Shown here piece by piece: positions 17,972-26,819 of a stretch of 64,000 nucleotides of DNA (its first letter is position 1; each line of letters opens with the position of its first letter). The DNA is from an uncultured Chloroflexia bacterium (GTDB lineage Bacteria > Chloroflexota > Anaerolineae > CG2-30-64-16), in NCBI GenBank assembly GCA_963837925.1, contig CAWIPK010000006.1, positions 1,003,962 through 1,067,961 of the forward strand, read 5' to 3'. A model generated the notes under the pieces. The model was not told the origin of the DNA. It worked only from the letters and a program-made list of their open reading frames with translations, and ran no database searches. Made by a program: the position numbers and the translations under genes.

Positions 17972-20896
17972 ATGAGGAGGAATCTCAGACGGCACCTCCC
18001 GGTGCTCCTGGCTTACGTCGGTCTCAGCCTGCTGCTGACCTGGCCGCTGATCTTGCATTTCGGCAGCCGCGTGCCGGGCGATGGTATCGACGACCCCGCC
18101 CTGGCCTGGAACCTCTGGTGGGTGAAGCATTCCCTGGTTGATCAGTTGCAGAACCCCTTTGCGTGCAACTGGCTGTTCTGGCCGGTCGGCATCAACCTGG
18201 CCTTCTATACGCTGACCATACTCAACGGCCTGCTCAGTATCCCGCTTCAACTGGTGCTGGGCACGATCGCCGCCTACAACCTGCTCCTTTTGTTTTCGTT
18301 CGTGCTGGCGGGCTACGGGGCCTTCTTGCTCGGCCTGGCAGCCCTCGGTGGCGAGGGCCGGGCGCGACGCGCAGACGAGGGCGCACAGCACGGCCTGAAG
18401 GGAGCGGACCGGTCCCACTCGTGGTTCGTCCCGGCGGCCTTTCTAGGTGGCTGCCTCTATGCTTTCGCCTCGGCCAAGCTGTTTTACGCGTCGTTGGGCC
18501 AGGCGAATATCGCCAGTTCACAATGGATCCCCTTCGCTGCCTTCTATATCCTGCGGGCCGTCAGACCTTCTGGCCGGCTGCGCGACGCGGCTCTGGCGGC
18601 CTTGTTCCTGATCCTGCAGGCCTACGCCGAGCAGACCTACGCCTCGTTCCTGCTGATCTTCGCCTTGCTCGCCGTCGCCTGGGGCATCACGCGCTCACTT
18701 GAGGCCGGACGCCGGTCCCCGGGCGCGCCGTCGGGTCCGTCGAGGCGCCTGGCCCCACTTGCGCTGCGCCTGGTCTTGCTCGGCGCGGTATCTCTCGCCG
18801 GGATCGCCCCGTTCCTGGCCAATATGCTGCCTGACCTGCGGGCCGAAGGCGACCTTTTCTCGGCCGGCGGCGGTTTCGCCGATCTCTATTCCGCCGATCT
18901 GCTGGGCTTTGTGCTGCCGACCCAACTGCATCCGCTGCTGGGCGGCCTGATCCGCCAGGTGGCCGATGACTCTGCCACCCGCCCGGACGGCAGCCAGTTC
19001 CCGGTCAACAAAGGGCAGCAAATCTATGCCGGCTACGTGGCGCTGCTCCTGTCTGCAGCGGCCCTGCTGTTTGCCGCCCGCCGAGCGCAGAGGCGGCGCG
19101 CGCTCCGCAAGCCGGCGCCATCCGCTCCCTACTGTGCGGCTGAGCCCTGGCCAGGCGCTCCTGCTGCTCTCACTGCCGCCGCAACATTTCCCGGGGTGTG
19201 GTTCTGGTCGATTTCGGCCCTGCTGTTTTTCCTGCTTTGTCTCGGGCCGAGCCTGCGCTTCGACGGACACGACCTGGGCGTCCCCCTGCCTTTTGCTCTG
19301 GTGGCCCAACTGCCGTTCTTGAAGGCTAACCGCTACCCCAGCCGCTACAGCGTGATGTTGTTACTGAGCCTGGCGCCCCTGGTCGCCCTGGGAGTGCGCG
19401 GCATTCTGAGCGCTCGACCCTGGGTGCGCCGGCCCGCACTGAGCGGGTTCACCTATGCATTCCTCGGGGTCCTGCTGCTTCTCGAGCACCTCTCGGTTCC
19501 CTTGCCGCTGTTCGACCTTAGCGTTCCGGCCCTTTACGCACGTGTCGCCCAGACGCCCGGCGATTTCGCACTGCTCGAGCTGCCTCCCGGCTGGCGCAAC
19601 GGCGCGCGGGTGGCCGGTAAGCAGGACATCGTCATCATGCAAGAGCAGTGGTATCAGACGTATCACGGCAAGCGCTTGCTCGGCGGCAACACTTCGCGCA
19701 ACCCTGAGTTCAAGTTCCAATACTTCAGCGAGGATCCCACCCTGGCGCGCTTGATTGGCCAGACCGCTGCCGCCGATCTGCCGCAGCATACCGCCCTGCG
19801 TTCTGCCCTGGCCGCGAGCCCCGTCACGGATGCCGAACGCGCACGCGCCCGCCAGTGGGCCGGTTTCCTGGACCTGCGTTTCGTCATGGTGCACCGCGAT
19901 AAGGTGCCGCCTGCGACCGAGGAACTGCTCCAAGCCCTCCTGCCTGTCAAGCTCGCCGGCAGCGACGGCAGCCTGGCATTGTACGAGCTCCCGGCCGATT
20001 TGCCGGTCGAGCGGGCGTTCGACCTGGCCACCGATCAGGGCAGCCTGGCCCTCGGGGAAGGGTGGTCGCCCCCGCTGCGCCGGTCAGGAAGCGAGAGCGT
20101 CTCCGAAAGCCCGGTATACGCGGAACGCAGTGAGAGCCGCTTGCTGCTGCCCCTGCCGGAGAGCGCGACTTCGATCCGCCTGTTGGCCGGTTCCGAGGTG
20201 GCGGATCAGGCCGTAAGCCTGGTTGTGAACGGGGGTGTCCTGCCCGCCCAGCCGCTGCCGCAGACGACTGGCTGGTTGGCGTTCCCGGTACCTGCCGATC
20301 CGTCCCGCCCCCCGCTCAGCGACGTGCGGTTGCGTTTCGCGGTCCAGGCACCGCCTTCGCAGGTGGCATCGGGGCCTTTTCCGGTCGGGCGGACGGGGTT
20401 GACCTCGTCTGCCTCGCTCCTGGTGCGTAGCGCCGGCCAGGAGACGGGTGATTTCGGGCACATCTATCTTGACGGGGTTGACGTGGCCCTCAACCGGCGT
20501 GGCTTCAACCTGGTGGCGCTCTTTGGCGACGGAGAAGTGCTTGGCTCGGCTGCTTTTGACACCCATGCCGATAGCGAGGCCGGGACCCGCCTGGCGGCCT
20601 GGATCGGCGGCTTGCCCTCGGGTGTGCTGGTCGCCGGGGCCGTCCGTGACGAGGCATCCATGTACCTGGGCGATCAGGCGTTGGTCGCGCTGCGGTCGCT
20701 CGGGGTGCAGGGCGACCTGAGCGGACGCTTCCGCTGGGGACAGGCCTTCATCGGGGCGACCGGGTCAGCACCAGGCACCGCGCTGGAGGCGATTGAAGGA
20801 CTCCGCCCGGCCCAGGTCGGCCTGGGGCTGGCTCTCAACGCCCCATCCGTCGCGGCCGGGGTGGTGCGGGTCGAGATTGGCCCGGCAGGTAATTGA
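17972..20896 (+). CDS. Large polytopic GT-C-like membrane protein with a C-terminal ILEI/PANDER (GG-type) domain
   Basis: 974 aa with about 12 TM helices in the first ~500 aa and a periplasmic soluble region. The last ~130 aa (…GFNLVALFGDGEVLGSAAFDTHADSEAGTRLAAWIGGLPSGVLVAGAVRDEASMYLGDQALVALRSLG…) resemble the FAM3/ILEI/GG fold (compare the FAM3B-like pattern …TGEVL…FD…G…V…Y-DDGAT-L…LG…). Confidence 0.55.
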   Translation: MRRNLRRHLPVLLAYVGLSLLLTWPLILHFGSRVPGDGIDDPALAWNLWWVKHSLVDQLQNPFACNWLFWPVGINLAFYTLTILNGLLSIPLQLVLGTIAAYNLLLLFSFVLAGYGAFLLGLAALGGEGRARRADEGAQHGLKGADRSHSWFVPAAFLGGCLYAFASAKLFYASLGQANIASSQWIPFAAFYILRAVRPSGRLRDAALAALFLILQAYAEQTYASFLLIFALLAVAWGITRSLEAGRRSPGAPSGPSRRLAPLALRLVLLGAVSLAGIAPFLANMLPDLRAEGDLFSAGGGFADLYSADLLGFVLPTQLHPLLGGLIRQVADDSATRPDGSQFPVNKGQQIYAGYVALLLSAAALLFAARRAQRRRALRKPAPSAPYCAAEPWPGAPAALTAAATFPGVWFWSISALLFFLLCLGPSLRFDGHDLGVPLPFALVAQLPFLKANRYPSRYSVMLLLSLAPLVALGVRGILSARPWVRRPALSGFTYAFLGVLLLLEHLSVPLPLFDLSVPALYARVAQTPGDFALLELPPGWRNGARVAGKQDIVIMQEQWYQTYHGKRLLGGNTSRNPEFKFQYFSEDPTLARLIGQTAAADLPQHTALRSALAASPVTDAERARARQWAGFLDLRFVMVHRDKVPPATEELLQALLPVKLAGSDGSLALYELPADLPVERAFDLATDQGSLALGEGWSPPLRRSGSESVSESPVYAERSESRLLLPLPESATSIRLLAGSEVADQAVSLVVNGGVLPAQPLPQTTGWLAFPVPADPSRPPLSDVRLRFAVQAPPSQVASGPFPVGRTGLTSSASLLVRSAGQETGDFGHIYLDGVDVALNRRGFNLVALFGDGEVLGSAAFDTHADSEAGTRLAAWIGGLPSGVLVAGAVRDEASMYLGDQALVALRSLGVQGDLSGRFRWGQAFIGATGSAPGTALEAIEGLRPAQVGLGLALNAPSVAAGVVRVEIGPAGN

Positions 20897-21007
20897 GTTG
20901 CCGTTTATTGGTCGCCATGTTATCATCACTTCACCCTGCGAATTCGACCGGTGTGCCTGGCTCCCATGGGCACGCTCTAGCCCACTACCCGAGCATGAAC
21001 TGGTTCG

Positions 21008-24000
21008 ATGCCTAAGCATTTCTGGCGTGCGTCTATTTGCCTGGTTCTGTTGGTTGGGCTGGTCCTGGCCGCATTTTCTGCGCGTGTACATGCCGCCGCC
21101 GGCCCGGACGAGCTCTGGCAGACCTTTCAGGAAGGCTTGCTTTCGACGAACGTGCTGGCCGTCTTGCCAGCCGCCGACGGCGCCATTTGGTTCGGCACGG
21201 ACCGGGGCGCAACCCGCTATGATGGGGAGTGGCAGACGCTGAGCGGTTTGCCGGCCGGTGAGGTGAGCTCGTTGGCTCAGACCGACGATGGCGCCGTTTG
21301 GTTCGGGGTCGAAACGGGTGGGCTGGCGCGCCGGGCTCCGAACGGCGATTGCTGCCGGGTGTGGACCACCACCGAGGGCCTGCCCAGCGATGATGTCCAG
21401 GCGCTTCTCGTGGCTGGCGACGGCCGGCTGTGGGTCGGCACGGGCAGGGGACTGGTCCACCTGGAGGGAGATCGCCCGGTCATCGAAGCGCAGGCGCCGG
21501 CCGTGCCGGTCTCTGCGCTGGCCGCAGGTCCTGACGGCGGCTTGTGGGTCAGCCTGGCAGGCCGGGGGCTGTGGTATCGGGCTGCCGGCGGCGCCTGGCA
21601 GGCTGTTGAGGAGCGGGAGGCTCCGGGCAGTCCGGCGCATGCTCTGCTGGCTGAGCGGGACGGTGCCTTATGGGCCGGCACGGAGGACGGGCTGAGTTAT
21701 CATAAGGAAGGGGTTTGGAGCCGGCTTCCCCTTCTCGGCGACGAGAGCGGGGTCGCCGTCTACGCCCTGCTGCGCGACGACCAGGGCAGCCTTTGGGTGG
21801 GCACCGACAAAGGCATCTTTGTCAGCCCGGATGGCCTGCCCGGTTCCGCCCTCAAGCGCTTCCGTTCACAAGATGGGTTGGCCAGCGATCATGTGCGCGC
21901 CCTGGCGTTCGACCGGGATGGCGCGCTGTGGGCAGGCACGGTCGCCGGAGCCAGCCGTTATGCCGGCAACGTCTGGCAGCGCGTGCCGGACCCGGCGCTT
22001 GCAGCGGCGCGCATCAATGTCCTGCTGACGGACCGCGCCGGGCACACCTGGGTGGGCACTGAGGCCGACGGGCTGGCGCTGTGGGACGGTCGCGTCTGGC
22101 GGCACTTTGGAGCGGTCGAAGGCCTGAACGAGCGGCGCATCCTGGTCCTGTTCGAGGACGATCGCGGATGGCTATGGGCCGGCACGGGAAGCGGTGTCAG
22201 CTATTACGACGGCGCTGCCTGGCATGCCCTCGGTCCGGCGAACGGATTGCCCGCAGCGCCTGTCTGGTCGATCGCCCAGGACACGGCGAAGGATTTCTGG
22301 ATCGGCACAGACAACGGTTTGGCGCGCGGGACTGCTGCTGCCGGCTTCCGCCCGGTGGCGGAGTTTGGTTCGGTCTGTGTGACCGCTCTTCATTTGGCCC
22401 TGGACGGCTCACTCTGGGCCGGCACAAATCACGATGGCCTGCACCGGCTGCAGGCCGGCGCCTGGCAGCCGGTGCGGACCGGCGGCGCCCGGCCGCGTTT
22501 CACGAGCATCCTGGCCAACGGCATCGCCGAGGATCCAGGCGGATCACTGCTTGTCGCCAGCGCGGACGACGGTCTCTGGCGCTACCTGCCCGGTCCGGCC
22601 GGAGAGGGACAGTGGGAGCCGGTCGAGCTGGCCGCCGGCAGAACAGGACTCTTGGCCCTGGCTTACGCGCAGGGCAGTTTGTGGGTTGGGACGCGTGCCG
22701 GCCTGGCGCGTGCGGACGATCGCTCGTCACAGTGGTACGCCGGGCCGGTGCTGCCGAGCCCGGAAGTCTCGGCGATCGCGCCCGGTGCGGACGCCAGCTT
22801 CTGGCTGGGCACGCCGCAAGGATTGGTGCACTACCGGCCGGAGCGCAGCCTGCCCTGGGTGCGCATCGCCGCCGTTAACCTGGTCGAGGCGCCAGGCGGG
22901 ACGGTGACCCTGCCGGCGGACCAGCCGCTGGCCGTGCGACTGACCGGCGGCCGGGCGGGTGTGCGCCCCGAGAAAGTGAAGTACCTCACCCAGTTGGACG
23001 GTGAGGATCGCGAGCCGAGGGTTTTCTCGGGCGGACTGATCTCGTATGCTGATGTCCGGCTGCTGCCAGGCACCTACCGCCTGCGCGCCTGGGCACGCGA
23101 CGAGGCCTTTAACTATTCGGAGCCGGTCGAGGTGGCCATTACAATCCCCGTCCCAGAACCTCTGGTCGAGCTGCCCGGCGGCCGGCGTCTGCCGGCTGCG
23201 CTTTTCAATGCGGGCCTGGCCCTCGGCGCCGTTGCCTTGGGCATGTTGCTGACCGCGAGCGGACTCACCGTGCGGTCCTACGGGAAAGAGAAAAAGCGCA
23301 GCGCGGCCTCGGCCGCACGCCGCCGGGAAGCGTTCGGTCGCCGCTTCAATCCCTACATCTCCGGGGGGCCCGTGCGCAATCCCGATATGTTTTTCGGGCG
23401 CCACGATCTCTTGCGCCGCATCCTGAATGGGCTGCACCAGAACAGTATCATGATCAGCGGCGAGCGACGTATCGGCAAGACAACCCTGCTCTACCGGCTG
23501 GCAGAGGAGTTGCAGGCGGCGGACGATCCCGAATGGCTCTTCATTCCGGTCATGGTCGACATGGAGGGCACGCCGCAGCAGGAGTTCTTCCATCTGCTGA
23601 TGGAGAACATCTGCGGCGCTCTGCGCGGCGTCCCGCCTGGCGGGACCACTTTGCCGTTGCGCTTCACCTCGGCGCGGGCCGGTAATTATTCGGACCGAGA
23701 CTTCATCGCCGATCTGCGCGTCTTGATCGAGGCGCTGGCACCGGTTGTGGCGCCCCGCACTGCCCGCCTGATCTTGTTGATCGACGAAATGGACGTGATG
23801 AACACCTACGACACGCTCGTCCAGCAGCAATTGCGGCGCATCTTCATGAGCAGTCAGGCTCACAACCTGGGCGCGGTCGTGGCCGGCATCCAGATCAGCA
23901 AGGCCTGGGATCGCGTCGAGAGTCCCTGGTATAACATGTTCAACGAGATCCAGGTGAAGCCCTTCTCCCAGGATGATGCCCGGCGCCTGCTGATCGAGCC

Positions 24001-24193
24001 CATCAGCGGTGTCTATGAGTGGGAAAAGCGGGCCCTCGAGTACGTGCTCGCGCGGGCTGAGGGCCGTCCCTATCGCCTGCAACAGTATGGCCTGCAGGCG
24101 GTCAACCACATGCTGGCCGCGGAGCGGGTGCGCATCACCCTGGCCGACGTGGAGGCTGCGGACGGGCTCGTCGAGCCGGGGCGGACGGACTAG
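21008..24193 (+). CDS. Transmembrane sensor: signal peptide + ~14 Reg_prop beta-propeller repeats + Y_Y_Y domain + 1 TM + cytoplasmic P-loop NTPase (PF01637/AAA-like)
   Basis: The signal peptide is MPKHFWRASICLVLLVGLVLAAFSARVHA. Repeats of the type …DG.LW.GT..GL..Y.G..W… (for example ALLVAGDGRLWVGTGRGLVHLEG and VLFEDDRGWLWAGTGSGVSYYDGAAWHAL) span residues ~45-610. The Y_Y_Y-like region reads …KYLTQLDGED…LISYADVRLLPGTYRLRAWARD… The TM helix is ALFNAGLALGAVALGMLLTASGLTV. The cytoplasmic part carries Walker A (ISGERRIGKTTLLYRL) and Walker B (LILLIDEMDV). Confidence 0.7.
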   Translation: MPKHFWRASICLVLLVGLVLAAFSARVHAAAGPDELWQTFQEGLLSTNVLAVLPAADGAIWFGTDRGATRYDGEWQTLSGLPAGEVSSLAQTDDGAVWFGVETGGLARRAPNGDCCRVWTTTEGLPSDDVQALLVAGDGRLWVGTGRGLVHLEGDRPVIEAQAPAVPVSALAAGPDGGLWVSLAGRGLWYRAAGGAWQAVEEREAPGSPAHALLAERDGALWAGTEDGLSYHKEGVWSRLPLLGDESGVAVYALLRDDQGSLWVGTDKGIFVSPDGLPGSALKRFRSQDGLASDHVRALAFDRDGALWAGTVAGASRYAGNVWQRVPDPALAAARINVLLTDRAGHTWVGTEADGLALWDGRVWRHFGAVEGLNERRILVLFEDDRGWLWAGTGSGVSYYDGAAWHALGPANGLPAAPVWSIAQDTAKDFWIGTDNGLARGTAAAGFRPVAEFGSVCVTALHLALDGSLWAGTNHDGLHRLQAGAWQPVRTGGARPRFTSILANGIAEDPGGSLLVASADDGLWRYLPGPAGEGQWEPVELAAGRTGLLALAYAQGSLWVGTRAGLARADDRSSQWYAGPVLPSPEVSAIAPGADASFWLGTPQGLVHYRPERSLPWVRIAAVNLVEAPGGTVTLPADQPLAVRLTGGRAGVRPEKVKYLTQLDGEDREPRVFSGGLISYADVRLLPGTYRLRAWARDEAFNYSEPVEVAITIPVPEPLVELPGGRRLPAALFNAGLALGAVALGMLLTASGLTVRSYGKEKKRSAASAARRREAFGRRFNPYISGGPVRNPDMFFGRHDLLRRILNGLHQNSIMISGERRIGKTTLLYRLAEELQAADDPEWLFIPVMVDMEGTPQQEFFHLLMENICGALRGVPPGGTTLPLRFTSARAGNYSDRDFIADLRVLIEALAPVVAPRTARLILLIDEMDVMNTYDTLVQQQLRRIFMSSQAHNLGAVVAGIQISKAWDRVESPWYNMFNEIQVKPFSQDDARRLLIEPISGVYEWEKRALEYVLARAEGRPYRLQQYGLQAVNHMLAAERVRITLADVEAADGLVEPGRTD

Positions 24194-24225
24194 CGTTGGC
24201 AAGCGGTCCTTGGCATCGCGGCCCG

Positions 24226-24252
24226 CCGGCCGCGGCGAACCGCCGCGGCCGG
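24226..24252. terminator. Very stable GC hairpin (~12-bp stem, triloop) 33 nt after the sensor gene stop
   Basis: cggccgcggcg-aac-cgccgcggccg, read directly from the sequence. Confidence 0.35.
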
Positions 24253-24364
24253 GCAGCATTGCGCGGAGCGGGCGAAACATCGCCGCCCGCAGCACCGAAC
24301 GGGTCGCCAGATTTGCCGCCGACGCCCGGCCGGCGTTCGGGCCCGGACGGCAGAGAGGAACAGA

Positions 24365-25642
24365 GTGCGTAATCCTTACGTGACCGGCCCTTTCGTCACG
24401 GGACGCAAGTTCTATGGCCGCAAGGAACTGATCGACTATCTGCTTCAGGGCGAGAACCCGGCCTGCTGGGTGATCGGCAATCGGCGCATCGGCAAGACTT
24501 CTTTGTTGCGCCAGTTGGAGCAACTGGCGCTCGGCGAACCGGCCCTCATGCCCTTGTTTTGGGATATGCAGGGCAGCGATTCGTATGAGCGTTTGGGGCA
24601 GTACCTGGCGGACGCGGTCAGCGAGCATGGCGAACGGCTCCAGTGCCTGACCGTACCGCCTGCCTCCCTCAGCCAGGAAGACCCGGCCGCGCTCCTGGCC
24701 GATCTGCGACGGGCCGCGGCCAGGGCCGGACGCGAGATCCTCCTGTTGTGCGATGAACCCGAAGCGCTCATCAAGATCACCCGCGCCGAGCCGGAGGCGA
24801 TGCAGCGGCTGCATCGCGAACTGACGGGGGGGGCAGGCTTGCGGGTGGTCGTGGCCTCCACGCAGGGCATATATGAGTTGCACGACGTATGCGTGGGCTG
24901 GCCCACGTCGTCGTTCCTTTCGGGTTTTGATGTGTCCCGCACGATGGGCGGGCTGGACACACCCAGCGCGCAGGCATTGATCATACAGGAACAGAGCACC
25001 AAGCCCCTCCAGGTGGCGCCGGATGTGATCGAGACGATCAGCGACTGCACCAACAACCATCCCTACATGATCCAACAGCTTTGCTCGCGTCTGTTCAACA
25101 AGGAGGGTTGGCTGCGGCCGATCGCCGCCGACGACCTCGAAGTCGACCCGGTTCTACGTGGGTTTTTCAGCATGGACTACCACTCCCTGACGCGGCCCGA
25201 GAGGCGGGTTGTGCGTGCGGCGCAGCGCAGCGGGGCAACCGCCGAGCAGGACCTCATTCAGGCCAGTGGTTGTGAGCCCGCTGAGGCGCACCGCCGGATA
25301 CGCAACCTGGAGCGTCTCGGGTATCTTCGCTGCATCTACGGGCGCTATACGATCGGCAATCAGTTCCTTGCTAACTGGCTGGCTGAAGAGCCGGTCAGCG
25401 CGGACGAGGCGCCCGCCCCCGTCTCAGACGCCGCTCTGCAGACCGCACTGGCGAATCGGCAGGAGCAAGAGGCCGGCCTTTTGCGCGCACAGCTCAACGC
25501 CCGGCGTGCACGCCTCGTCGAGCTCGAGGCGGTCCGGGCACGTGACTTGCTTGATGTTTCGCCCAAGGTACTGGCCGAGGTCGAAGAGTTACAGATAGGG
25601 ATCGGCGACCTGCGCCGGCTGCTCGACGAGGCCGTGACCTGA
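24365..25642 (+). CDS. Soluble paralogous P-loop NTPase (PF01637-like) with C-terminal winged-helix and coiled-coil
   Basis: A GTG start follows a GAGAGGAA RBS. The N-terminus FYGRKELIDYLLQGENPACWVIGNRRIGKTSLLRQL parallels the FFGRHDLLRRILNGLHQNSIMISGERRIGKTTLLYRL of the upstream gene. Walker B is EILLLCDEPE. The C-terminal HTH-like segment reads …LTRPERRVVRAAQRSGATAEQDLIQASGCEPAEAHRRIRNLERLGYL… and is followed by a predicted coiled coil. Confidence 0.65.
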   Translation: MRNPYVTGPFVTGRKFYGRKELIDYLLQGENPACWVIGNRRIGKTSLLRQLEQLALGEPALMPLFWDMQGSDSYERLGQYLADAVSEHGERLQCLTVPPASLSQEDPAALLADLRRAAARAGREILLLCDEPEALIKITRAEPEAMQRLHRELTGGAGLRVVVASTQGIYELHDVCVGWPTSSFLSGFDVSRTMGGLDTPSAQALIIQEQSTKPLQVAPDVIETISDCTNNHPYMIQQLCSRLFNKEGWLRPIAADDLEVDPVLRGFFSMDYHSLTRPERRVVRAAQRSGATAEQDLIQASGCEPAEAHRRIRNLERLGYLRCIYGRYTIGNQFLANWLAEEPVSADEAPAPVSDAALQTALANRQEQEAGLLRAQLNARRARLVELEAVRARDLLDVSPKVLAEVEELQIGIGDLRRLLDEAVT

Positions 25643-25704
25643 CGCGTCCGGCCTGACAGCCTCCGGTCGCTCGGATCAGTTATGACGAGGGAGGACAAAA
25701 GCGA

Positions 25705-26817
25705 TTGGCGACAAACCAAGACATCCCGCTCGTCGACCTGCAGGTCCAGTATGCAGGCCTGCGCGTGGAGATCGACGGTGCGATCCGGCGGGTGATCGAT
25801 AACGCCAGCTTCATCATGGGACCCGAGGTGCAGGACTTTGAGGCGGCCTTCGCACGCTATGTGGGGGTGAGCGAAGCGGTGGGTGTGGCCTCGGGCAGCG
25901 CGGCCCTGCAGTTGGCGCTGCTTGCCTGCGGCATCGGACCCGGCGACGAGGTCATCACTACCCCACACACCTTCTTCGCTACCGCCGAGGCCATCTCGCA
26001 AGTCGGTGCTACCCCGGTATTTGCCGATATTCAGCCAGACACGTACAATCTTGACCCGGAACGGGTGGAGCAGGCAATCACCCGGCGCACGCGGGCGATC
26101 ATGCCCGTGCACCTGTACGGTCAGACGGCCGACATGCGCGAGATTGTGGCCCTGGCCAGGCGCCATGGGCTGCGGGTGATCGAGGATGCGGCCCAAGCGC
26201 ACGGCGCCACCCACTACGGGCAGCGGGCCGGAGGTATCGGCGACCTGGCTTGTTTCAGCTTTTTTCCGAGCAAGAACCTGGGCTGCTATGGGGATGGTGG
26301 CATGGTCACGACGGCCGACCCGGATCTCGCTGCACACCTGCGACGGCTGCGCGACCACGGGCGTACGAGCAAGTATGAGCATGCAGAGGTGGGTTGGGGC
26401 GCACGCCTGGATAGCCTTCAGGCGGCCATCCTGGGCGCCAAGCTGCCGCACCTCGAGGAATGGAATACATGCCGGCGGGCAGCCGCGCTGCGCTATAACG
26501 CGCTGCTGGCCGGCTGCGGGGTAGTGACGCCGGCGGAGCGCCCGTACAACTGCCACGTCTACTATTGCTATGTGATCCGCGCGCCCAAACGCGACCGGTT
26601 GTTCGTAGAGTTGACCGCCCGAGGCATCGGCGCCGGGATTCACTATCCGATCCCCCTGCACTTGCAGCCGGCCTACAGAGCGCTGGGGTGGCTGCCCGGA
26701 GCTTTCCCCGTCAGCGAAGCCGCGGCGGACGGTGTGCTCTCGCTGCCGATGTATGCGGAAATAACGCCGGAGCAGCAGGCCCTCGTTGCCTCGGCGATCA
26801 AGGCCTGTGTGGGGTAA
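25705..26817 (+). CDS. DegT/DnrJ/EryC1/StrS family PLP-dependent sugar aminotransferase (ArnB-like)
   Basis: 370 aa with …DVQYAGLRVEIDGAIRRVIDNASFIMGPEV… and a PLP-lysine region (…FFPSKNLGCYGDGGMVTT…). Confidence 0.9.
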   Translation: MATNQDIPLVDLQVQYAGLRVEIDGAIRRVIDNASFIMGPEVQDFEAAFARYVGVSEAVGVASGSAALQLALLACGIGPGDEVITTPHTFFATAEAISQVGATPVFADIQPDTYNLDPERVEQAITRRTRAIMPVHLYGQTADMREIVALARRHGLRVIEDAAQAHGATHYGQRAGGIGDLACFSFFPSKNLGCYGDGGMVTTADPDLAAHLRRLRDHGRTSKYEHAEVGWGARLDSLQAAILGAKLPHLEEWNTCRRAAALRYNALLAGCGVVTPAERPYNCHVYYCYVIRAPKRDRLFVELTARGIGAGIHYPIPLHLQPAYRALGWLPGAFPVSEAAADGVLSLPMYAEITPEQQALVASAIKACVG

Positions 26818-26819
26818 GC

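Noticed and set aside
22727-25075. 782-aa ORF on the minus strand spanning both NTPase genes
   Set aside because: It is antisense to two plus-strand genes that carry clear signal-peptide, propeller, Walker A/B and HTH motifs. Its own translation is low-complexity (Arg/Ala/Gly rich), so it is a GC-driven shadow ORF.
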